A DNA stretch of 55,948 bases, counting the filler, from Catajapyx aquilonaris (taxonomy: Eukaryota), in assembly GCA_000934665.2 (NCBI GenBank). It is 3 parts of 3 records of this genome, joined end to end, with 100 filler letters (N's around TTAATTAATTAA, not from the genome) between each part and the next. Parts side by side here need not be neighbours in the genome. Positions count along the whole stretch, not along the records: positions 37,329 to 55,948 come from JYFJ02006666.1; 2 more parts are not named here. One strand, written 5' to 3'. Below are positions 39,919-53,050 of this stretch, in pieces; positions within the stretch are counted from its first letter, which is position 1, and every line of letters begins with the position of its first letter. The notes below the pieces were generated by a model. It searched no databases. It had not been told where the DNA came from and saw only the letters and a program-made list of their open reading frames with translations. The position numbers and the translations under genes are program-made.

Positions 39919-40746
39919 TATGAGCATGGGAGGCAGAGAATTAATTAAAGGCTTTGATTTTGCTATTCCATGTTAATACAGTAAATGTAATTGAATGGCA
40001 GTCAAAGAGGAAGAGATTGTTAATTCATTGCCCCTCCACCTGTTGTGAAAATCAGTGCTTCTTATTCTCCACGCTAGTCTTGAATTAAGAGTCACTTTTA
40101 AACAGTAAGGGTAAGAGGAGTGTGATGAATAACTAAGGTACAGATGCATCAACACAAGGAAAAATCTGTAATTATACTTTCACAATATTATGAATAATCG
40201 CAGATTTTCTATTAATTTGTGTCCGTACAGCTGGGCCGCAGTCTTATAGAATGGTTTGAAACAGATTGCTGGGGCAATAGCAACCACTCCTGCTCAAATT
40301 AAGTCCTTGAAGTAACAGTATGCTCATCATCTTCAGCATGCACCAAATTGTAGTATTACCACTATGACTTTGCCAACTGTGTGTGATGCCAGAATGTTAG
40401 CTTATGCAAGAATAGTTCCTAAATGTGACTCGGACAGTCACTGTGTTTGTGCCTGACCTTTAAATGTAGGCCTGCTGACATCAAGGTTACCCTTGGAAAT
40501 TGTAATTAGCCAGGACTTCCAGAACACTTAGGTAACAACAGAACTGTTAATGCGACTGTATAAAATTGAATTCCCAAAATCTCCGTTGTCAACTGTTTAA
40601 GACACTTGCACACCATGTGTCTGGATGTCACACACCCAATGTGCATGCACACACCTTTTTGGTGACTTGAAGTGTATGACTGGGAAACATCTACTAAACT
40701 GTTAATCCTACCTTGTGGCTACCCTTCTTTGAATTAGTGTGAGGTG

Positions 40747-41936
40747 CAGAGCCGTAACTAGCTTTTCATACGCCCTGGGCAAGAAATGATGATGTGCGCC
40801 CCCCCCCCCCCCCCCCNCCAGGGGCGGATCCGGGGAGGAACTATTTTGTATATATATGTTGCCCCCCACCCCACCCCCTCGTTTTCACAGCCAGGCGCGA
40901 AAGCAGAATTTTTTTGGAGGGGGTCTATTTCATAAGCACTAGGCGAACAAGCCGTAAATGGCGGGGAGGAAGCCCGCCGCAGGCGCGGAATTTTGGGGGG
41001 GTTCGAGGTCACACGAGCTTAGTTGAATGTGGGAGGTGTGAGTTTAGTATGAAACAAGGCCACGCGACAGCGCGACCGTTCGAAAAAAGTGCGGTTCGAA
41101 TGAAATCTGGGGTGATTGTTATAATTTTAAAGAGTCTTCTAAGGCTAATTGGCCCCCCCCACCCCACCCCCAATCCACTCCTTCTCCTTCCCCACATCTG
41201 AACTTTTTTCAAATATGAAAAGAAAAGTATAGCGGGGACAAGGTCGGAGAGGGGGGGGGGGGCAGTGGCATAACCACGGTTTTGAGCTAGGGCCTGCCCC
41301 CCCACCACCCCTACCCCCCTTTTTGGTCGGAAAAATATGTATGTATGACCTAAGCTGTATGTCGTGGTACAGGAGAGGAGTTGAATTACTTTTGCTTCAA
41401 CATTCTCAAAGAAATACATGTAAAATGAGAAGAATGTAGTTTAATCAAATCAAACACGAAACTTGTTATTTAATAGGCACAAAAAAACATAAAAAACACA
41501 TTTCATGTGAAGACACTTTTTTCCGAACACTTTGACGTGGCTCTCATTGTTAGTAAAATCCCCTCATCTTAATCCTTAATGGGCACCTTTTCGGCAGGGC
41601 GCATTTTCAGAAGGGGGGCGCCTTTTCGTCAAGGCGCATTTTCGGAAAGGGCGCCTTTTCGGCAGGGCGCATTTTCTCGGCGCCCCCTCCGTGATTTTAG
41701 GGGAGGGGGGCAATGTACCCCTGCCCCCCCCCCCCCTGCCGTTACGCCACTGGGGGGGGCGGGGGGGGCATCGTGGCGTTATATTGGGCTACCTTGAGTC
41801 CGATGGGCGAGGATGCAGGGCGGGCTAGCCATTGGTACCGTATATAATTTTTTTAAAAACGTACTGCGCTTTAAGTGCACCCCCCAAAGGTCTGCGCCCT
41901 GGGCGTCCCTGTTGCCCCTGCCTAGTTACGGCTCTG
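40747..41936. mobile_element. Nested hAT-like GC-rich MITE cluster
   Basis: Outer TIR cagagccgtaactag...ctagttacggctctg with 7/8 TSD (g/c)tgaggtg; inner cagtggcataacc...gttacgccactg at ~41263-41752, plus other ends in poly-G/C tracts. Confidence 0.75.
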
Positions 41937-42948
41937 CTGAGGTGGCTTACAGTGAGGTCCACAGGGAACTTTCTGTATCCCCCACTCCCTCCACTCACTT
42001 GTCCTTTCCGCAAATCACTCCCGCACCTACCCCTTGTGACCTGGTGGATGCATGAGTTGGACACATGATTTATAACATTCCATATGTCATTGTGCATCCA
42101 AGGGATCCAGGGGGTGTGGCTTAAGTGGTGTGATGCACTATTGCTAACTGATGAATATAACCATGAGAGACATCACTTCTGCTTGTATTCAGTAATCATT
42201 GGACTTGCAAAATAAAACCAAATGGAATAGATTCACATTCACCTCATTGGTATTGTACATATATCAAAGTGATTATAGGAAACAGCACAAATTTTCAGAA
42301 GAAAATTACACTTCTTATCAGATAATATGGCAAAGCTTTGTCAGCTAAAAAAGGGAGGAAGCCTAACACTCATATCCCAAACTAATTGGATAACTTGGTA
42401 GCTATGAAAAAGTCTAGTTGTCCAGGCAGTATGGCTCTGTGATGCATATGATGATTTCTGAGGTACAACTTAACTTGGATGAGCACTTCATGTTCTCAAG
42501 ATATCTCATTTGTGTGGGGTAAGTGTTGGGATTAAGGTGGTGGGTCTGGACTACATCTTTGTTTTTGACTAAACCATAGTATAAGCCAAGCAGGAAAAAA
42601 AAAATGTAAGTGACCAATGCAATGGGATGATGATTCAGGGTGTTTAGCACAAAAAAAAAAAAGTTTAGAGAGGGGCTATGACTGTGTTAGACTGATGTGA
42701 ATAGCATTACTCAAATGGTCATGAATTGCTCTGTGTATATTCTGTGCCTATGGTTTTAGTAATTTTTCGTGCCCAAAGGGACTGTTTTAAAAGTCAATGT
42801 AGCATGTTTAGGATATGTGTTTTAGCATGTATCCAAAATAATACTAATTGAGGAGCATGCCCAATAAATAAGTTATAACTTTATTGCAAGAGTGTCATTT
42901 TTCATACATAGGAAATCCTACTTGTTATAGGAATATCCTCCTGTAATA

Positions 42949-43700
42949 CAATAAAACTTCTATATCTGTTGAATCTCCATGGGACTGGAAAAACTTCGAG
43001 TTATAGAAGATTCGAGTGAGAGAAGTTTAGAATTATTAAAGCACATAACTCTATAAGGAAGCCTACTTGTATATCCAGCGACGAAAGGTGTTCAAAACGT
43101 AAAAATAGCTGTCACTTTCACACTACAATGTTCCTCATTGTTTTGTAAAAAACTCTGTTATTGACATATGCCTACTCTTAGTTTGGATCTCACTCTTAAT
43201 AAAGGATTCAATTGTCACAATGGAGTTAAACGCTTCTTTCAGTACGTCTGGTCACGATTCCTGCCACACACGAAGACTTCACACTATTCCATTTGTCGGT
43301 GGTACTGTCTGTGGTTCAGGGTCATCCTCGGAGTTGTCATGTAAATCTTCGCCTTTGGCCTCTTTTTTTCTGCACCACCCTGCAAATAATATTTTTTTCC
43401 ATGGGATGGGATGCAACTGTAACTACAATGTCAAAGTTGGCGTACAATCAAACTCTCGACCCTTCAGCTGGGAAATTAGAAAATTTTCCGTACTCGCCAA
43501 CATGAACTTTGACTTAGGGAGCCTGAAAATGCATTGATATCCCATCGTAAGGTCCTGCCTGCACTTCGAGTTATAGAAATTCGAGTTAGGGAAGTTTATT
43601 TCCTATTATTTTACATTGTGATCAACCAAGCTCATAATAATTTTCTTCGACTTATAGAGAACTTCGACTTAGGGAAGTACAACTTATAGAAGTTTTACTG
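42949..43700. mobile_element. Tigger/pogo-like MITE, copy 2 (longer variant)
   Basis: Collinear with 1430-2030, TA flanks, extra internal segment ~43250-43450; ends 38 bp before the mannosidase acceptor. Confidence 0.85.
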
Positions 43701-43738
43701 TATATGGTTGCTCTCAATAATTTTTCCTTGCCTTTCAG

Positions 43739-46700
43739 TGGTGGAAACAACTGTCTCGACTCCAAAGGAGCTTGGTCTACATGGCCATCACAATCCTGTG
43801 CCTTCTTGCAATGTTCTGCTTCCCTTCATTTTGGTCACAAGGGTCATTTTACCAGAGATTTGGCCCTGGTTATCGTCGATTCGTGCCATCTTTGGAGCGC
43901 TGGAAAGCAGATTGGACATTTCAGGTATGTTTAACCACATGGACTGTGCTACAAGCAGGTTGTAAGTTTGTTTGCTCGCAGAGACCATTCCAGCCTCAGT
44001 ACTCCAATCACCCAGCTATGAACATTCCGTCCCCTCCACCATGGTTTTTGGGCCACCAGGACACATCGCACCCTGGTGTCCTAACTGAAATGGTCTCAGT
44101 GCAGCCAGAGGTGGGCTTGTCATGGGCTGACTCTGAGGGGCAGTCAACCCGAATACAGCCACCAACACTGAAACGTATTCCCAGATTTAATGGTATGATC
44201 ATTTAAAACATTACAAATGGTATGTTGTGACTTAAATGAGTGTTCCCACAGGACCGGCCAACGACAGGCAACAAGCTGTTGTGAAAGCATTTAAGCATGC
44301 ATGGAGTGGCTATCGCCGATTCGCCTGGGGGCAGGACCACTTGAAACCAATCAGCGGCACTTCTCATAACTGGTTTGGGTTGGGTCTCACACTAGTGGAT
44401 TCCCTTGACACAATGCTGATTATGGGATTGAATGAAGGTAATAAAGCATTGTCTAGAACACTTCCTGATTCCTGGCAAATGTCTGTGGGGCTAATGACCC
44501 CAGAACACTCCCTGAATAACTTATAATTGCTGTACATCTTGCATTGAAACATAGATTTTGTATAGTATGTTCTTCTAAAAATTCATTCAAAATTAAGTAG
44601 GTGAGATCTGACATGCCTTGGTCATTCCCCTGACCCAAAGAGGTCACCTTAGGTTTGTGATTCAATAATACACAGTTTAGGGGTCGTCCATATACCACGT
44701 GACCGTTTTGGGGGGGGGGTCTGCTGATATACCACGGTTGGTCCCGGGGGGGAGGGGGGGAGGTCGGCGAGAATTCACGTGGTATCTCTGAACACAGTGA
44801 ATTGGCACATATGGGACCTTTTGCAGATGCACATGGGTTCAAAATAACCTAAAATTCGAAATCAGCGACCCCGAAAACATGGGGAGACCTGTTTTTTACG
44901 TGCTCAAACAGTTTAGTTGAGGAGCTATCAATTTCGATCGCGTTTTTTCTGATAACATTGNCAATGGATACCACGGTCTGTCACTGGGGGGGAGGGGGGG
45001 GGTCAAAAAGTGCCCGAAAATCGGTCACGTGGTTTATGGACGACCCCTTACCAACAACCAGTTTATTAGAGTAGCCTCAAGTGAGGCTGTCTCATGACTG
45101 CTCCAAATCACAAAGCCTTCCCACAAGGTCCACATCCAGACACACCGCCATCCACTAATAAGATTCCTAACTATCCAACCAACAGCTGTCTAGTGGGAGG
45201 TGTCACAAGCACTGTATTGAGGTACCAGTATACAATGAAACCTGTGTATAGCAGAATAGCACGGGACCCCAAAAATTTTCCGTTATGGACAGGTTTCCGC
45301 TATGTTAAGGTCAAGGACGTTAGTGATTTTTTTGCCCACGAGAAAGCTAGAGGAAAATGGGGAGAGAAAATATAAGCACCTTACCGCAATATGATACAAA
45401 ATCATAATTTTGCCTGCTCCATTGGACCATCAGCCCGGACTTAGGAAATATGTTGAACCCGTGTCAACCCCTTCCTCTTCCCCGACATTTTAAAACTGGC
45501 CTGAACCGTAAACTAAAAGACACCTACGAATCACATGAGTCACATCTTCTTGGCCCTTCCCACAAGCCGTTTTTCGAGTTTCCCAACCAAAAATAGTCCC
45601 CTTTCCTCACCATGTATCTTCAAGGCCACAGGCCGGTAGCAATTCCTGTAATTATGAGACACCCTGACAGTCCAAAAAGGGTTACTCAGAGGCCTCCTGG
45701 GAGGGCCTATAGGGAACTCAGCTGTAGTTTCTATTTTTGTGACCCGTAGGAGATAATGTGAGACTTTTTATTTCCATTATGAACAGGGATTTTCTTTGAA
45801 AGGAGACAAAAATCCCTTCCGTTTCCGCTTTGGGCAGGTTCCGTTATATCTGTCAAAAAAAACATTGAATGCCCTATGCATATGCCCGTTCCCAGAAAAA
45901 ATTCCGCAATACCCAGGGCCCGTAATGGGCAGGTTTCACTGTACCAGAATCCTGGTAAACCTTGTTTGTGTACCTGCATGCAGGTATGCGAAGGCATAAG
46001 CATTGTGATTCATGTAGGTGAACTTGATTCATAGAATTTAACTCCGCACGAGACTGGGTGGCCAATCATCTTGACTTCAATGTGAACCGTGATGTCAATT
46101 TGTTTGAGACCACTATCCGAGTTCTTGGCGGATTGTTGAGTGCATACCACTTATCTGGACAGGATGTCTTTTTGACCAAAGCGGTAAGGAGATGTAATTT
46201 CCAGTTTGAGTCGTGTATTATGATGGAATCTTCTTCCAAATGGCAGAAGGATCTCGGAGAGCGGTTACTACCATGTTTTGACACCCCATCCGGTGTCCCC
46301 TTTTCGGATGTAAATTTGGCCACCCGAAAGGCACATTCACCCAAGTGGAGTCCTGATAGTAGTACATCTGAGGTGACCACCTTACAGCTGGAGTTTCGGG
46401 ACTTAAGTCGGTCAACAGGCGACCCTAGATTTGAGGTGAATGCAGCACATGGAACTTTTGCCAATGAACTCGGCTTATATTTGTGGATTCTTTTCAGTTG
46501 GCCGCAGCTAAAGTGTCAGAGCATGTGCATCGCCTTCCAAAGAAGGAAGGTCTCGTTCCAATTTTTATTAATGCACAAAGTGGACAATTTCGTGTCTATT
46601 CCACAATTACTTTTGGAGCTCGAGGTGACAGCTACTATGAGTACCTATTGAAACAGTGGATCCAGACAGGAAAGACTCTTGATTAGTAAGTGAGAATTAT

Positions 46701-48674
46701 TTCAGAGGACTTTTCATTCTGTAAAAAATTTGTTAATGTGTTCTAGTGCTTGGTCTTTGGCATGTGAAGTTTGCATGTATTCTATAAAGTATAATGTTTC
46801 CTGTAACTTGTCAATGTCCACATTTTAGTATATGTTTTATGTTATTTATTTTTATTTTATTTTATTTACCCCATTGAGAGGTCAGCGCTCTTTTAGTGGG
46901 GTGGAACACCACCATATTTTCCATTTTTCTTGTAATTTTTCTTCAACTCTGTGCAGGGAAGGAAGGACACGGGGGTAGGGATGGGGGTTTTTTGGGGAGG
47001 AGACACTGGCATTTTAGTATATAGTCAGTCAACCCACCCAACACTCCCAGCCAATGGCGTGCCTGGATTGGGATGGGGGGAATGGAGGAGTCGAGGTGAA
47101 GTGGGCATGAGTGACATTCACCGGAACACGTGACCGGAACTTTCGCCTTATGCTAGGCTGGATGCTTGAAATACATGTGTTCATATATTGTCATTAAAGG
47201 TTTGCTTTAAGTTGTGTGTCGCAACAATTCACGTAATCGATATTTCCAAGTTTAATTGTCATCACAGTAGGGCTTAAGAGGTCTGCGTGGCGGAGGGATG
47301 TGACGGAGAAGGCAGTGGGAAGTAGGGGGTAGAGGAAGTAGGGAGCGGCGGGGGGCAAGAGGGGGCATTGCCAGAAACCCCCACCCTGACACGTTAGGGG
47401 GCTACTATATCACTGGCATACAAGTGAAAGCCACTAAAAGTCCAAAAGACCACTTTTGAGATAATAAAATGCAAAGATTTGACATTTCACTTGTTTACAT
47501 GCAAATGAAGACAGAAAATTTTGGCTTCCCCGGCTCATTAATCTCTATGACTAAATGGATTTCACTAGGCAATAGAGCATGAAAAATGCTACTTGGTGAT
47601 CAAATTAATGCAAAACTGCCAAAATTGGACTTAGTGTATTTCACTTGTGTGCTGATGATGTCCTCTTTGTCTCTGCCCGGATAACTGTATGGATGAGACA
47701 AAAGGAAAGGATTACAGTGGAGCATTGATTATCCGAACACCGATCAACCGAACCATTGGTTAACCGAACATTTTTGCCGACAGTTTAGGGAAGTTCCCCA
47801 AACTGTAGGACTACTTCATGTAAGGACAGTAAGGTATATGTACAGTATTTTCAAGACGTGCCTGTGACAGAAAATATACAGTTTTGTGGTTAATATCACT
47901 GTTTCTTAGTTTCATATTGCTCCTATGACACCGGTACAATTTCTTTCCATAAATGATCGGTTATCCGAACACCCCTGGGCAGACTCTGTTCGGATAATCG
48001 ATGCTCCACTGTATTGCTTATTACTGGAAATTGCCATTACGAGGGACTACACTTTCTCTGTACATCGATAAGGGGCCAGTTGATGCAAAGGGTGACCAGC
48101 AGAAGCAAACTAATGTGACTTATTTATCATATCATTTGTATTGGCAGCTGGACTGTAGGGGAACAAGCTAGCAGATCTTTCTCTTACCATAATTATGTTA
48201 GTCCTGCCCATTGTGCAGTGGCTATACTTGCCCAACACCAATGAAGTTCACCTAGCACAAAAATCAACTGCATGTCGATGTTACAAATACAAATGATTTG
48301 ATAATGAATCAGGTTTTATTCGCGCAACTTCTACATACTAATGAGCCACATGGAAGAGCAATGTTTGGGCAAGATATCAAGGGCAATGGAGTTCACCCAG
48401 AGCGCTAAACGCATCACCAAGTTCGCCCACTGTTAAGTGCAGACTGATGTGGTTGTGTCAGATGAAAAAAAAAGTGTAGGTCTCTTGCCCTGTGCCACAA
48501 TGCCATTACTCGTTGCACTCTGTGTCTGAAAATAACAATCACGGGAGGTGGAGTTACAAGAGATTGCAAAGATGTTACAAGATATTCAGAACTTTTTGCC
48601 TGCTGGATAACATAGCGCGCTCTCCAGCTAAGGAGCAAGTAGTGGGCAACTGGAAAAAGTGCATGGGCCAGGCC

Positions 48675-48720
<46 letters not shown>

Positions 48721-51104
48721 TTGATACCCCATTATCAGCCAACCTGGCTTTCCTAGGGGGGGATTTCTCCCAATTTTTTTTGTCTGGAACTCTTTCCATT
48801 TTTACTACTTTTTTCATCGGAATATGGCAGGGATAGGGAAGGAAGGAAGCGGCTGTGGCCTATGATTACGGTAATGACCCCAGAATTATCCTGCGAGGAC
48901 CATGGGAAACCACAGAAAACCATGGTCAGGGTCGCCGGCCTCCGGGATTCGAACCCGATCAGCAGTCGGACACCATACCACTCCACCACTACTGCTTCGG
49001 TTGGGCCAGGCCTAATAAGTGACAGGGTAGAGGCTGTCATAATCGCTACCATAATCGCCATGGTACGCCAAGGTTGGTAGGGACAGTTGTGCCAACGTGC
49101 CCCCCAAAAAATGTGCCATCATGCCCTGTAGGCATTTTGTTTTAAATCTTTCAAGCCCTCCTGCTCTTGAGTCACAAATATTAAATGGCCATTTATGCTG
49201 TCATTTTGTAGGCATATATTATACCTTGCAAACGCATTATTGGGTCAGTGATCTAGCACTTCAGTTGGAAGAAAAAAGAAAAACCAATGATAAATTGAAA
49301 TTTACTCAAATGGTCAAAAATCGAAACATTCGGCACTGCCGCCGACAGTCTTTTGCGATTGAATTGAAAATAGGATGTAATGTGCAGTGGTGGGCGCAGC
49401 TAACTGGAAAATCAGCTTCACTAACAGCTAATCAGCTAACTGCAGAATCTGACTTTGCTAAATCGCTCGCGCTAAGCAGCTCGAAAATTTAGCGGAAGTT
49501 AACGCTAACTTTTATTGGATGAATTTAGCCTTTTTTTGCTCTATGACCATTTAAAAAATAAAAACAGACCTAGAGTGCTAAAGCCTAGAGAGCACTGCCT
49601 TATTTAGTTATTTACTCTTCCGTGAAAAAGTAATAAACAAATACAAAAAGCAAAAAAAACTTAAATTTGCCAAAGGTTTTAGATGAGTGCTTCCCAATTG
49701 TTTTCGTTGGCAACCCCAAAAAATAGTCGCATAAAATTAACGTCCCCCCAGACATGCACATTTTGATCCCTCAACCTGGAAAGACAGGTAAACAGTGAAA
49801 TTAAAATCATTGATAACTATTGTCGAGTACTTGAACTGTTCTGTAGGAGAACTTAGCTTCTCATAATATAGATACATTGAAAGATAAATTCACTTTGTAT
49901 GCGATACATTATTTCGAAAATTTACCTTATTTCTGACAATTTCCATTTCTCCCTTTTACGCTAATTTCCATTCATCTACCACCACTGCTTTCCGGAGCCA
50001 CCAAGCGATTGCTCCTTGCACCCTATCACTTCGGACTTCACCCCCTGTGTTTAACCGGCTTACCTCAGAGGAAAAGCACATACATTTTTGGTGCATCACC
50101 AGTGGGTGGGAACTGGGAAGGTGATCTGCATACCACCCTCCCATCATACCTACCCCATCACCGGTTGTTCGTGTTATCATAATGTGGTGTTCCCATTTCC
50201 CAGTTATGAAAAGTCAACATTAATTTTCAATCACTGATTACCAGTTACCTAACTAGTGATTAAAACGTGTTATTTTACAGCTTAAGAGATGATTACAACC
50301 AATCCATGAGTGGTATGATGAAACTGATGGCACGTCGCACTACTCGCAATCATCTATTATTTGTTGGAGAATTGCTAGGGGGTGGAAAGGAGTTTAAGCC
50401 AAAGATGGTGAGCATCACATTTCACTGAGTTTTGCACTTGTAAATATGGTTCCCTTAGGACCACCTGGTTTGCTACCTACCTGGGACAATGGCTGTGGGT
50501 GCACACAATGGAATGCCTCAAGACCAGTTTCGATTTGCGGAGGAACTACTCTATACGTGTTACCAGACATATGCCCAGCAACCAACTTTCTTGGCACCAG
50601 AAATAACCTATTTTAATATACAAGTATGTGAAACAGTTTTTTCATTGTTGTGCTTATTTGTAATTGAGTGTTACTTATTTCAGCAAAGTGCCAGTACAGA
50701 TATGTTTGTCAAAGCCAATGACGCTCATAATCTTCTTCGTCCTGAAACAGTTGAAAGCCTGTGGTACTTTTACCACCTCACAGGCAACACTACCTATCAA
50801 GAATGGGGCTGGCAGATTTTTCAGGTTTGCTGCAAAAAATATTAGTTGTCTGTGAAATCAGGCATAATATCTTGTTCTGTTCCAGGCAATTGAGAAGCAT
50901 GCTAGAGTTCGATATGGCTACACTTCACTTGGTTCGGTCAAGAATCCATTTGAAATGAAACCACGTGACATGATGGAGTCCTTCTTTCTGGCCGAGACCC
51001 TCAAGTATCTGTACTTGCTCTTCAGTGAGGAGCAGCATATCCTAAATGTGGATGACTATGTCTTCAACTCGGAGGCTCATCCACTACCAGTGTTCAAGCA
51101 GTGA
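43739..51104 (+). CDS. MAN1B1: ER mannosyl-oligosaccharide 1,2-alpha-mannosidase (GH47, MAN1B1-like), 5'-partial. Exons 43739-43924, 43982-44192, 44252-44437, 46035-46183, 46247-46435, 46498-46685, 50281-50407, 50459-50623, 50684-50824, 50886-51104
   Basis: WKQLSRLQR followed by a TM segment; [94 protein letters not shown]. All junctions GT-AG and phase-matched; 1761 nt = 586 aa + TGA. Confidence 0.95.
44680..45047. mobile_element. PIF/Harbinger (Tourist-like) MITE in a mannosidase intron
   Basis: TIR ggggtcgtccata(t/a)accacgtgaccg; TTA TSD. Confidence 0.85.
45233..45941. mobile_element. Tigger/pogo-like MITE
   Basis: TA|caatgaaacctg...caggtttcactg|TA. Confidence 0.7.
47715..48011. mobile_element. 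Tigger-like MITE
   Basis: TA|cagtggagcattgattatccgaaca...tgttcggataatcgatgctccactg|TA. Confidence 0.85.
48681..49001 (-). mobile_element. SINE family A, copy 2, with an alternative 3' tail ending in (ATT)n
   Basis: Head and body as in 5587-5816; 17-bp TSD tgggccaggcctaataa at 48664-48680 and 49002-49018. Confidence 0.85.
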
Positions 51105-52263
51105 TGGGGTGGGATATGTTGAGCTATGATCTTGACAAAATTGTTGTTGGTAATTTTTAATTCTAGTTTTTTGTTGTGACACCATGTTTAGAAGAGACAT
51201 TACAACACTGGAATTTTTGTAAATTTGATTATAGGACTGACGGTGATGTTCACCATAAATTATTGGTTGCTTCTTGTTTCCAAATTAATATTGTGTGCAT
51301 AACTGCAGTTGCAAAAGGAATCTTATGATTTTTGTTTGCATCAAGCTATTTCACAGACAATGATGGGAAATTACTGGATTATCCTGCAAAATAAATTGAG
51401 GTCAAGCCTGCTGTGACCTGAGTGCTTTATAAGTCCAGATACATATCATTATGAAAGTGCTAGTCAAGTTGTACAGTTCCTTCCACATTTACTTGGCTAT
51501 CATTATGTACAAAATAATGCAGTTATTAAAAGGGGAACCAAAACATTTATTTTTTCACTCCTCTTTTGGTGAGAAGTGTTTCCTACCCCAAGAAGCACTA
51601 AACCCATATAGGTTCGGAAAGTTTGAGGTTGTAGGTTCATATGCCATCTACTACCATCTGATAGTAAAGGTGATCTAGTAGTTAATGCCATGAATTAGGT
51701 ATCAACTGCTAACACTCCTGCCCTTGTTGATATTATTAGCATAGCTGGATATAAGTAGTGCTTGCATTTAGAACTGGCAACTTTTGAAATTGCGATGTGG
51801 TATGACTAACTTAGTGCAATAGATTCTCGTACTGAATCCATCCATGTCAAAGCTCATCAGCCCTTTGCATCAGGGTAAAATATTGCCATCCTAGCTTATG
51901 GTTAACTGGTTTCATGTAAGTGGCATTTACAGTGTGCCAGCAGATTTGGCAGAAGTTCTGTATTTTTTTCTTACAAAATACTGTAGATGCATTTTTTGTG
52001 GCCATTTACGTCTCATTATGAAAAAAAGGCTTCAAAATTTGCCCAATTCAAAAATGATAATTGTTTTCATTTTTAAAAAGGAAGAGAGCATAGGTTACAA
52101 TTTTTAAAATGTCAATCCAGTAGACAGGTGGTAATGTTGAATCATTTTGAACCTTCTCTCTACATGCCTCTATATGCATACTAGACAGTACACTGTATAA
52201 GGTCGGTGTTCCAAGTATCAGAGTTGTTTTTAGTTCTCACTAACATAACTCGAAGTATTTGTA

Positions 52264-53050
52264 CCGTATTACCTCACTTAAAGTGGCATGCCAGTATAAA
52301 ACGAGGTCGACCAGGATGCCGGTATAACCCAGGGTGGCTGGCATGCCGCAATACCCGAGGTAGATGTCCATAATTTTGATCCTTGTCAAATTTTTTTTAG
52401 TACATCTGATACTGTACTAAAATAATGTTACTGTGGTAAAATATGTGCGAGTACAGGGGTGTGAGAATATGCCAGTTCATCTGTTGCACGTTAGGCATAG
52501 AGTGTGACCAATCCGACTGTCAGCCTGCTCTGAGAAGGGAACCCATCTAAACATTGCAAAGGATCTGCAAAGGATCAAGGCAAATAATTCCTTCAATCCT
52601 TCGTTTTGCTATCAATAGTTCTCTGGTCGCAGATCTCGTTGGCAATCAGAGGATCACTTTGCGTAGTGGTATCAATTTGTCTGAGAAGCTGTTTGTCTGA
52701 GTCACTCAGATAATAAAATCCAAACCAAACGTATGAAATATCCTGGTAGCTTTCCTTCTAGCAGCTTTGAACTTTTAATTGAAAATAGAACCATAAAATT
52801 TGAACTTAATGAACGATCTTATGGGATGTGTTAGGCAATAGAAATGTCCTGGGCTGTATCTGCACCGCAGAACATGGTGTCATACATTCCTTTGAGTAAT
52901 AATAATTTTCACAGAGATCGTAAGAAAACCTTGCCTTATACCGGCGTACCTCGCTTAGACCAGCATGCCGGTAAAGCCACCAGATCGTGCATTTCTAAAA
53001 CTGGTTGACCTCGACTACACCGGCATGCCGCTTTAAGTGAGGTAATATGG
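52264..53050. mobile_element. pogo/Tigger-like MITE
   Basis: TA|ccgtattacctcacttaaagtggcatgcc...ggcatgccgctttaagtgaggtaatatgg|TA. Confidence 0.75.

Noticed and set aside
27520..51870. CTGATGA motifs screened as hammerhead ribozymes or C/D snoRNAs (e.g. near 27550, 30024, 37665, 47652, 51855)
   Set aside because: None showed the required GAAA core with stems I-III, or a convincing C/D box pair with a terminal stem.
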